Of a stretch of DNA of 64,000 nt, positions 38,991 through 48,200 are shown piece after piece. A program made the position numbers and the translations under genes. The stretch covers positions 160,001 to 224,000 of the forward strand of contig JAVJQW010000008.1 in NCBI GenBank assembly GCA_040218735.1. Direction: 5' to 3'. Positions within the stretch are counted from its first letter, which is position 1. Each line of letters opens with the position of its first letter. The DNA comes from Deltaproteobacteria bacterium. Its GTDB lineage: Bacteria > Myxococcota > Kuafuiibacteriia > Kuafuiibacteriales > Kuafuiibacteriaceae. The notes beneath the pieces are model-generated. The model had not been told where the DNA came from and ran no database searches. It worked only from the letters and a program-made list of their open reading frames with translations.

Positions 38991-41900
38991 ATGTCGGCCA
39001 TCCGCTTCATCACCCAGATGCAGACCTTCACGCAGACCATCGTCGAGACCGTCGTCGACGCGCTGGGCAACGTGTCCACGGATACGTTCATCCAGACCGA
39101 AGAGCGCCCCGTCGAGGTGCCCGTCGTGGTGCCGGACGAAGCCGACGTCGAAACCACCGACGATCCCCCCGAGCTCGACGATGAGCGCCGCGAAGAGATC
39201 GCCGAAGAGGTCGCCGCGCTCGACCGTGTGCAGGACGGCGTCGAGTACCTCTTCGACCCGGAGCTCACCCCCGACGAAGCCGCCTACGCCACCTCGCTGA
39301 TGCTCGACCGCTGGCCGCCTGGTGAGTCTTCCGGCACCTACCTCACGCTCCAGCTCGGCGACCTCGCGGCCACGTGGCCCGAGGGCGGCGAAGCGGTCCT
39401 CGGCATGCTCGCCGAGCGTGCTCTGGATCCCGACGAGACGCTCCACACCGGCGAGCTCGCCGCCGCGGCGTTGAACCTCGCGAGCACCGATCCGACGCTC
39501 GCCGCCGCGCTGATCGACGACGTGGGCGATGCATGGCCTGCGTTCGTCGCGACACTCGGCATGGACGTCCCCGCGGACGCCGGCTTCGACGACCCGCGTA
39601 TGCGGAACGTCGGCTCGCGCATCATGGAGGTGACGGCGTTCCTGGAGACCGTGCAGAGCCTCCCGCCGTCCGAGGGGCAGGCGCTCGCCGTGTTCTCGAT
39701 CTTCCAGGGCGCCGGTCCCCTCGCCTGGGGCTCGAGTGACTTCCGCACGCAGATGGGCCACGCGCTCGCCGGTGTCATGGCGCTCGGCGACGCGGAGCTC
39801 GCGGCGCAGGAGGGAGAGCGGATGGCCGCGTTGTTGTCGCAGCCCGACATCGCGGAGGCGCTCGAAGTGGCGACACCGGCGGAGCGCGAACAGCTCGTCG
39901 TCACGTTGCTGTCCCGCCCCGGCCTCACCGCGGAGCTCCTCGACGAGCACCATGGGAACCTCGCCACGGCGATCGCGTTCGTCGATCTCGGCCAGCTCAA
40001 CGATCAGCTCACCGGGCCGTTCATCGCCGGCGAGACGCTGGGCCTCCCCGACGAGACCGCGCTCGCGTCACCGGGCGACCTCGAGGACCACCCCGCGATC
40101 GCGGCGCTCGGGGATCCGGCGACGGTGGCGGACATCGAGGCCGCCGTGCTCGCGGGGGAGCTCGACGCGGCCGACGCCGCGGCGTACATCCGTTCGCTCG
40201 CCGCGGAGTCGACACGCATCGGTGATCCGGACCTGACGAACTACGGGGCCAACGCCTTCACCGCTGCGGCCATCGAGTTCTTCAACGGCGGCAACCCGAT
40301 CGAGAAGTCGAACGTCGATGACCTCGCCAACCGCGACGCGGAGCAGCTCCTCGCGCTCGCAGACGCGATCGAGGCGAGCGACGATCCGCGGTTCATCGCC
40401 GAGGCGCTCGTGGCCGGATCGATTCAGCACGCGTCCTTCGAAGGTGCGCTCGAGCCGTACGTCGGCGTCATCAACGAGATGGCGCAGACGACGCAGCGCA
40501 ACCGCGTCCTCACCATGATGGCGGTTGGCATCGCGGCGAGCCTCGTGTTGCCCGCCGCGGCCGCCGCGGGCCTCCCGGCGTTTGGCGCCACCGGCACGAT
40601 CTTCGGCGTGGGTGTGACCGGATCGCCGTTCCTGTCGGGGCTCGTCGTCGGTGGCACTTCGGGGGTGTTGAGCACGACGATGAACGCCGCGTTCCAGTAC
40701 GAGGGCACCGGCGAGATCAGCTGGGGGCACGCCATCGCGGGCGGCACCATCGACGGGCTGACCGGCTTCTTCGGCGCGACGGTCGCGGCGCGCGCGATGT
40801 CGCAAGGGTACGGACTCGTGCGGGCGGTCGGACCCGCGGTGGGCATCGACGCGGCGGGTGGCTTCGGCAGCTACGTCCTCGGAACGCCGGGCGCGCTCGA
40901 AGGCATCCTCGCGCTCGACGAAGACCACGTCCTCGGCGCGCTCGCGCAGACGGGGATCAGCGCGTTCCTTTCGATGGGGTTCAACGGGGTCACGTACCGC
41001 GTGCAGCTCGGCGACCCGCCCGCGATCGGCGTGCCGCGTGACTACGACACCAACGCCAACACGATCGCGAACCTGTTGGATCCGGCGGCCTCGAACGGCG
41101 TCTTCGACGGGACGGTTCCGATCCTCGGTATGGACGGCAACCCGATCGACGTCGCCACACTCGCCGCGCGCGACTACGAGAGCTTCTTCACCGTCTACCA
41201 AAACGACGCCGGCGATCTCCTCGTGCAGGAGGTCGCCCGGGCGCGGCCGGGGACGCCGCTCGCGCTCGAGCCCTTCGACGCCATCAACGGCGTGGCGCGC
41301 AACGCACCCGGCGACGGCTGGACGCCGATCGGCAGCTTCCACAATCACCCGTCCGGAACGGGCATCGCCTCCAACGGCGACCTCGCGGTCGATCCGATCT
41401 TCCGCGGCGAGATCGGCGACGGATTCGCGAGCTTCGTGTTCACCGGCGACGGCGCGACGCCGATCGTCAGCGAGGCTCCGCCGACTACGCTCCTCGACGC
41501 GTACCAGGCGGGGACGCTGCAGCCGTTCACGGACGTCGAGCCGACCGAGGCGGATCTCGCCGAGCTCGCCACGCTCTTCGAGCGGTTGGGCGACGGGTCG
41601 CTCTACATGGCGTCCATCCCCACGGCGCCGAACACTTGGATGACGGTCGGGCCGCCGCTGGATTCGCGGATCACGGGCGTGCTCCCGCGCGACGTGAGTT
41701 ACCTGTCGCTCGACTTCATGCCGGGCGGTCGTACGAGCGCACCGACCACCGAGGCCGAGGCGATCGCGGCGGGCAACGAGTTCGCCTGGATCGTTCGCAC
41801 GGTCCTCGACGCGGCGCCCGACGACTTCGATCCGAACACGGTCATCGTCTCGAACTCGACGAACGCCACGATGGCGGACTACGCGAGCCGGGTGCTCGGT

Positions 41901-42029
41901 ATGAACGTCATCGACCTCGGGGAGGGCCGCTTCGCGGTGTGGACCACGCTCGGCGAGCTCCGCGACCACATCGCGCAGCCGCCGATCTCGCGGATCCTCG
42001 ATCGTCAGGCGAGTCGCTTCATTCCGTAG
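38991..42029 (+). CDS. Large toxin/effector-like protein: acidic helical N-terminus, Gly/Ala-rich hydrophobic region, JAB/JAMM-motif domain
   Basis: No signal peptide; hydrophobic glycine-zipper stretch ~40500-40990; HNHPSGTGIASNGD (HxH-x7-S-x2-D) at 41340-41381; start ATG 38991 or 39018. Confidence 0.7.
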   Translation: MSAIRFITQMQTFTQTIVETVVDALGNVSTDTFIQTEERPVEVPVVVPDEADVETTDDPPELDDERREEIAEEVAALDRVQDGVEYLFDPELTPDEAAYATSLMLDRWPPGESSGTYLTLQLGDLAATWPEGGEAVLGMLAERALDPDETLHTGELAAAALNLASTDPTLAAALIDDVGDAWPAFVATLGMDVPADAGFDDPRMRNVGSRIMEVTAFLETVQSLPPSEGQALAVFSIFQGAGPLAWGSSDFRTQMGHALAGVMALGDAELAAQEGERMAALLSQPDIAEALEVATPAEREQLVVTLLSRPGLTAELLDEHHGNLATAIAFVDLGQLNDQLTGPFIAGETLGLPDETALASPGDLEDHPAIAALGDPATVADIEAAVLAGELDAADAAAYIRSLAAESTRIGDPDLTNYGANAFTAAAIEFFNGGNPIEKSNVDDLANRDAEQLLALADAIEASDDPRFIAEALVAGSIQHASFEGALEPYVGVINEMAQTTQRNRVLTMMAVGIAASLVLPAAAAAGLPAFGATGTIFGVGVTGSPFLSGLVVGGTSGVLSTTMNAAFQYEGTGEISWGHAIAGGTIDGLTGFFGATVAARAMSQGYGLVRAVGPAVGIDAAGGFGSYVLGTPGALEGILALDEDHVLGALAQTGISAFLSMGFNGVTYRVQLGDPPAIGVPRDYDTNANTIANLLDPAASNGVFDGTVPILGMDGNPIDVATLAARDYESFFTVYQNDAGDLLVQEVARARPGTPLALEPFDAINGVARNAPGDGWTPIGSFHNHPSGTGIASNGDLAVDPIFRGEIGDGFASFVFTGDGATPIVSEAPPTTLLDAYQAGTLQPFTDVEPTEADLAELATLFERLGDGSLYMASIPTAPNTWMTVGPPLDSRITGVLPRDVSYLSLDFMPGGRTSAPTTEAEAIAAGNEFAWIVRTVLDAAPDDFDPNTVIVSNSTNATMADYASRVLGMNVIDLGEGRFAVWTTLGELRDHIAQPPISRILDRQASRFIP

Positions 42030-42086
42030 TGATTCGCGGCGCGGTCGTCGGTTGCGCGTTCGGGCCCGCGTCGGTATCGGGGGCGG

Positions 42087-43535
42087 ATGCGAAACGCCCA
42101 CGTCGCCGCCGCCGGTCTGATCCTCTTCGCCTGCAACACCGTCGACGACCTGCCGGAGGTCGAGCCGTACCCGCAGTGCGACGCGAGCAGCACGAACCTC
42201 GCGTCGCAGGCCGCGACCTACGACGCGATCGCGCGCCGCCTCCACATCCAGCCGGGACAGAACCTCCTGCACGCGGCCATCACGACGTCGGACTACGAGA
42301 CGTTCGATCGCGTTCGGCTCTCCGACAACAGCGGCTTCTGGACGGCGACGTACGTGGCCTCGCAGGCGTACCGCTACCGCGTCAGCGGGGACGCCGAGGC
42401 GCTCGAGAACCTGAAGCGCACGCTCCAGGGCATGCTCGACCTCACGCGCATCACCGGCAAGCCCGGGTTGTTCGGGCGCTCCTACGTGAAGCTCGGGCTG
42501 CCCGGGTTCCCGACCGAGGCGGAGCTCGTCGCCCAGTACCCCGACTGCCCCGACTTCTCGGCCGGCCAGTGCAAGCGCTGGAACCGCGTCGACGACGGAC
42601 CCTACGCCGGCCACATGTGGAAGAACGACGTGTCGCGCGACGAGTACGCGGGCCACATGTTCGCGGTCGGGATCGTCGGTAAGTTGGTCGACGACGCGGA
42701 GGTTCAAGACACCGCGCGGGCGATCGCGTCCGAGGTCGCGCTCCACCTCATCGACAACGACATGCAGTTCAAGGACGTGTCGGGGGAGACGACGACGTTC
42801 GGCTTCATGAGCCCCACGTCGTTCGGTGGGTTCCCCGGTTTCCTCGCGGTGCAGACGCTCGCGTGGTTCGCCACCGCCGCGGACCTCACCCAGGACCCGC
42901 GCATCACCTCGTTCTACCGAAATTGTCTGCTGCGCGAGGACATCGAACAGTGTGAGAAGCCGGACCTCGCGACGTCGGAGTCGTATCTGATTCACCTGCG
43001 GACGATGGGGTTGAACCTCGACTGCAAGACCAACTGGAACAACCACAACATGGCGCAGCTCGCGATGTTCGATCTGTTGCAGACCGAGGAGGACGGACGA
43101 ACGCGTCGCATCTACCAGCAGATCCTCGAGGACCAGATGTGGGCGGCCGACGACCCCCGCCCGATGAAGGACCAGAAGAACACGCTGTACACGTTCTTCC
43201 ACGAAGTGAACCGCAACCCCGCGCTCGTCGAGCGTGACGAGGCTCGGGTCGAGACCGGGCTCTGCGTGCTCAAGAAGTTCCCGGAGGTAAAATATCGCCG
43301 CGCCGTCGATCACAGTCGATTCACGGAGCAGTGCCGCGGGCGCAAGGACTTCGGGATGAGCACGGAGCTGATCCCGTACGAGGAGCGCCTCGTCGACAAC
43401 TTCAGCTGGACCCGCAACCCCTATCAGATCCGCGATCCCATCGAAGAGGATCGGACGTACATCGAGTCACCCGAAGACTTCCTCCTCGCCTACTGGATGG
43501 GTCGGTACTTCGGGATGATCGACGAAGACACCTGA
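42087..43535 (+). CDS. Hypothetical lipoprotein, probable alpha/alpha-barrel enzyme
   Basis: LFAC lipobox; helical repeats with SDNSGFWTATYVASQAYRY, WKNDVSRDEYAG, DFLLAYWMGRY. Confidence 0.68.
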   Translation: MRNAHVAAAGLILFACNTVDDLPEVEPYPQCDASSTNLASQAATYDAIARRLHIQPGQNLLHAAITTSDYETFDRVRLSDNSGFWTATYVASQAYRYRVSGDAEALENLKRTLQGMLDLTRITGKPGLFGRSYVKLGLPGFPTEAELVAQYPDCPDFSAGQCKRWNRVDDGPYAGHMWKNDVSRDEYAGHMFAVGIVGKLVDDAEVQDTARAIASEVALHLIDNDMQFKDVSGETTTFGFMSPTSFGGFPGFLAVQTLAWFATAADLTQDPRITSFYRNCLLREDIEQCEKPDLATSESYLIHLRTMGLNLDCKTNWNNHNMAQLAMFDLLQTEEDGRTRRIYQQILEDQMWAADDPRPMKDQKNTLYTFFHEVNRNPALVERDEARVETGLCVLKKFPEVKYRRAVDHSRFTEQCRGRKDFGMSTELIPYEERLVDNFSWTRNPYQIRDPIEEDRTYIESPEDFLLAYWMGRYFGMIDEDT

Positions 43536-43592
43536 GGATCTCGTCGAAAGAAAGTGTTCCCACGGATCGGGCCGGCGGTGTCATCACGGTCG

Positions 43593-45023
43593 ATGACGTT
43601 CTCCCTTCGGCTCCTCGCGGTGCTCATCCTCACCGGCTGCAGCGCAACGCCCGCCCAAACCCTGCACGGGGACGACCCCCGAACCCGTACCGCCCGAAGC
43701 GGAACGCGCCTGGTCGCGGTCGAGGTCACGGACGTTCAGGGCGACGCTCGCCGCTTCGTGCATTTCCGCGATCGCGAGACGAGTCAGCCGTGCCAGCTCG
43801 TCCCGATCGATTCCGAGCTCGCGACGTACGCGTGCCTCCCCGAAGCTGTGGCTCGCATCGCCTATCTCGACCCGAACTGCGAGGGCGATCCGCTTCCGAA
43901 CGTCGTCGAGAGCGACGACCGGTGGGTGCGCCTCGGCGAAGGGTTCGCGCCCGACGTCGTTCGCCTGGGCGCGCCGCTCGACGACGTCGAGGTGTACACC
44001 CACGGCGGGCACCGCGGATGCCATCCGGCGACCGAAGTCTGGGTCCAGCGTGGAACGACGTTTCGGACGGCCGAGCAACGCGAGGCTACGACGTTCGTGA
44101 CCGGCACCTACGAGGTCGACGCGAGCCTCGAACGGATCGATCGCACCTCGTTCAAGGGCAGCGACGGCAGCACCCTCCTCGTCTCGCTCTTCGACCGGCT
44201 CGCCAAGACGACCTGTCGTCCGGGGGAGGCGCCGGACGGCGCGGGCCCGCGCTGCATCCCCGCGATCGACCGACTCTTCGTGGGGCCCGAGCTCGAGGAC
44301 CTCTTCCTACCGGGCTGTGACCAGCCCGTCGTCGCGTCCTACTCCGCATCCGCCGTCGGATTCCGCACCGACGATCCGGACGAAGTGATCTACCGCTTCG
44401 TGAGGCCGGAGCGCGACGTCGACGTCGCCCGTCGCGATCCGATGTCCGGGGCTTGTGTCCCGGTCGTCGATCTTCAGCTCGGGCGGCGCAGCCTCTTCGA
44501 AGTGCACCCGTACCCCGCGTCGGCGTGGCCGATCGTGCGCCTCGAGCGTCACGGCGCGCCGGACGCGACGGTGGACGTCGCGTGGTCCGTGGAAGGCGCC
44601 GCGCTCGCGGCGTCGCCATCACCGAACCCCGAGGCGCACTTCACGTCGACGACGCTCGGCGCGAGCTGCGCGCCCGGCTGGGTCGACGGCGAGCTTCGCT
44701 GTGTCCCGGTCACGCCGTGGGTGAGCGGCGTCGAGCGAGGCGCGTTCGAGAACAGCGGGTGCACGCGCCGAGCGCTCGCGCTCTCCGCCGGGAGCACGCC
44801 GCCCACGATCGCGGCCTTCGAATCGGCTCCCGCGACGGCGACGCAAGCTGGGTTGCGAAGCTGGGGAGTCCACTTCGTGGATCCGACGCCGGTGGACGGA
44901 TGGATCCTCCGGTGGAACGGTGACTGCTCCCGCGCGGTGGGGGTGTCCGTCTTTCGCCTCGGGGACGAGGCGGGCGCGGACGATCTGCCTCGGTTGGTGT
45001 CGAGAGACCTGACGCTCGAGTAG
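43593..45023 (+). CDS. Hypothetical myxobacterial-type lipoprotein with internally repeated Cys modules
   Basis: LTGC lipobox; three related units (FRDRETSQPC...CLP; LFDRLAKTTC...RCIP; FTSTTLGASC...RCVP). Confidence 0.68.
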   Translation: MTFSLRLLAVLILTGCSATPAQTLHGDDPRTRTARSGTRLVAVEVTDVQGDARRFVHFRDRETSQPCQLVPIDSELATYACLPEAVARIAYLDPNCEGDPLPNVVESDDRWVRLGEGFAPDVVRLGAPLDDVEVYTHGGHRGCHPATEVWVQRGTTFRTAEQREATTFVTGTYEVDASLERIDRTSFKGSDGSTLLVSLFDRLAKTTCRPGEAPDGAGPRCIPAIDRLFVGPELEDLFLPGCDQPVVASYSASAVGFRTDDPDEVIYRFVRPERDVDVARRDPMSGACVPVVDLQLGRRSLFEVHPYPASAWPIVRLERHGAPDATVDVAWSVEGAALAASPSPNPEAHFTSTTLGASCAPGWVDGELRCVPVTPWVSGVERGAFENSGCTRRALALSAGSTPPTIAAFESAPATATQAGLRSWGVHFVDPTPVDGWILRWNGDCSRAVGVSVFRLGDEAGADDLPRLVSRDLTLE

Positions 45024-45202
45024 GACCTCCCCGAGAATGGTCGGTGGCTTCTTCGCGCCCGGCACCTCGTGGCCGAGGCGTGTGCGAAACCTTGCGATGT
45101 CTTGAAGCCGCCCTTCACGCAGGGAAGGTTTCGAGCTCCCCGAGGAGGTCGACCCGAGGCCAGGATGGTGATCCGCGAGGGGTCCCTGTATCTACATCCT
45201 CG

Positions 45203-48200
45203 GTGAACCTACGCACCCTCGGGACGACCGTCGTCGGGATCTGCCTCTTTTCGCCGCTCGCGTTCGGCTCCGAAGCGGCGCGAGTGTTCGAGGAGAACGT
45301 CGGCCAAGCCGACGCGCGGGTGACCCACTTCGCGCGAGGCGCACGCGACACTTTCTTCGTCACTCGGGATGGGTTCGCGATCGTCGCGCCCGGCTACGCC
45401 GTCACGGCGCAGCTCGGTCGGCCCGGTCCGGTCCTCGAGCGCAGCGCGCTCCCGGGACGTGTCCACCACCTCGTCGGCGATCCGAAGAAGTGGCGCGCGG
45501 ACATCGACACGTTCGATGTCGTCACACGCGTCGCGGGGAAGGGCGTCACCGTCGATCACCGCTTCGACGAACGCGGTCGCGTCGCTTTCGACGTTCACCT
45601 CGCCGCGGGTGCCGACCTCGCGACGTTCGCGCTTCGCTTCGACGGTCCGCAGAAGATCACGATCGACGACGCCGGTCGGCTCGTCCTCGACGAGCGAATC
45701 TACCTCACCGCGCCCCTCGCGTCCCAGGACGGCGAAGCGGTCCCGTGCCACTTCGTGATCCGCGGCGACGCGATCGGGTTCGAGGCCAGCTACGATCCCC
45801 GCCGCCCGCTCCTCATCGATCCCACCATCGAGTACGGGACCCTGCTCGGCTCCACCGGGAGCTCGATCGAAGCGGTCGACGCCGACGCTTCCGGCAACAT
45901 CTACGTCTTCGGCACCACGAGCCAGGCCACGTTCCCGACCACCGTTGGCGTCTACGACACCACCCTCGAAGGGACGGACGCCTTCGTCGCCAAGATCGAC
46001 CCGACGCTCACCGGCGCCGCCTCGCTGGTGTTCTCCACGTTCGTCGGCGGCTCCCAGACGGACCGGATCTACGCGGGCGCCGTCGGGCCGAACGGGCGGC
46101 CGCACTTCTTCGCGCGGATGTCGAACGACTTCATCACGACCGCCAACGCGTTCGACGCGACGCGCAGCGGCGGCTTCCCCGGCTACATCGCGGTGCTCTC
46201 CGCCACGGGCGCCGCGCTCGACTACGGGACGTGGTTCAGCGACGGCGGGCAGAGCGCGATCGACGTCGACGCGGCCGGCCACATCTACGTCGGTGGCAGC
46301 AACAACAGCACCAGCCACCCGCTGACCCCCTCCGCGTACCAGTCGACCCGAATGAACAGCGACGCGTACGTCGCGCGCCTCGACATCACGCTCCCGCCCG
46401 CTCAACAGCTCGTCTACTCCACACGTTTCGGCGGCTTCGCCAGCGACGCGACGATGGCGCTCGACGCGGACGACAACGGTCACGTCTTCCTCCTGATCGA
46501 CTCCGGCTCGTCGGATCTCCCGGTCACGGTGGGGGCGTTCCAAACCCGCGCCGACACGTACGCGGTCGCACGCTTCGACACCAACGCGAGCGGCGCCGCG
46601 TCGCTCGTGTACTCGACCTTCCTCGGCGGCACGGGCGGTGAGACCCGCCGCGTGAACGTCGGCGACATCGCCACGGACGGCGCCGGCCACGCGTACGTCA
46701 CCGGCGGCACCGCGTCCGCCGACTTCCCCACGACCGCGGGCGCATTTGCCACCACGATCCCCGCCACCGGCTCGGCGTTCATCACGAAGATCGCGCCGAC
46801 GGGGACCGCGCTGGTCTACTCCACGTTCGTCGGCGGCAGCTCGCCGAGCGACGAGGGCTACGACATCGCGGTCAACAGCCTCGGCGAGGCGTTCCTCACC
46901 CACCGAAGCTCCCTCGCGCCGTCCCCGTGTGGCTTCGCGGGCGCGACCGGCCTGCAATCTGGGTTGACGCGCATGAACGCGGCCGGCAGCGCCATCATCC
47001 ATACGACGCGCCTGGGCGAGAGCGAGGCGGCCCACCTCGCGCTCACCCCCGCCGGCGTCGCGGTCATCGGCGGCACCCTCGACACGCCGACGTTCCCCCT
47101 CTCGGGCGGATTCGCGACCTCGCTCGCCGGAAACGACGGCTTCGTGGCCGCGGTGTCGATGGAGCCCGGGTGCACGGACCTCGACGTCGACATCACCGTC
47201 GACCCCAACCCCACCACCGCGGGCAACGGCGCGACGTTCACCGTGCACATCACGAACCTCGGCGTGGACCCCGCGCACGATGTCGTCCTCACTGACGACC
47301 TCCCCGATGGCGTGTCGCTCGTGCTCGCCGAACCCCGGGCCGACTGCCCGCGCGTCGATCCCGTCGTGTGTTCACTCGGCACCATCGGGGCCGGCGCGAC
47401 GTCGACCGTCACCGTGCGCATCTCCACGACGCGCAGCTCCCCCGCGAACATCCTCAACACCGTCGAGGTCAGCTCGAGCTCGCCGGACGCGAACCCCGCC
47501 AATGACGTCGCGTCGGTGGTGCTGAACATCTCGCCGCGCGCCGACGGCTGCGGCCCCGTCACCTACTTCGGCGACTGTAACGGCGCGACGCTCACGTACT
47601 GCGAGGCGGAGGGCACCGCGGCGGAGCGCGTCGTGACGGTCGACTGCGCTTCGCAGTTCCCCGGCGCGCGCGCGACCTGCGGTTTGGTCGACGCGACCCA
47701 CGGGAACGACTGCGTGGTGTTGGCCGGCGAGACCTGCGCGTTTGCGGACGAGCTGCAGCGACCGCAGTACGCGCTGTGCGACGGCAGCGCGCCGGGCTGC
47801 GTCTACGACGAGGCCGCGGGTGAAGCGATCTGTCAGGAGGGCGTCGGGCCCTGCACCCCCGCTGTGGCCGGCGCTGCGTACGCACCGACCTGCATCCAAG
47901 GGGTCCTCGCGTTCGACTGCCGCGTGAGCCAACCCGTCGGCTACGACTGCGGCGGCGCGGGCGGGACCTGCGCGAACGCGACGTGCTCCGGCCTCCCGGA
48001 GGGCGCGCGATGCAACGACGCCGATCTGCTCTGCGTCGAGACCGCCGCGATCTGCGACGTGTACACCGATCGCTGCCTCGGCCTCGGCGCCGTCTGCGAC
48101 GCGACCATGTTCACCGCGTCCTGTGACGGCGACACCCTCGAGCTGTGTGACCCGCGCGTGGGACGCGTGGTTCGCACCGACTGCGCCACGGCGTTCGAGG

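Noticed and set aside
38991-42029. JAMM protein as part of a CBASS or ubiquitin-like (E1/E2/JAB) defence operon
   Set aside because: No cyclase, E1/E2 or ubiquitin-like gene nearby; the JAB motif sits in a large toxin-like scaffold.
40068-43313. 1081-aa minus-strand ORF
   Set aside because: In-frame antisense shadow of the JAMM protein and the following lipoprotein; no motifs of its own.
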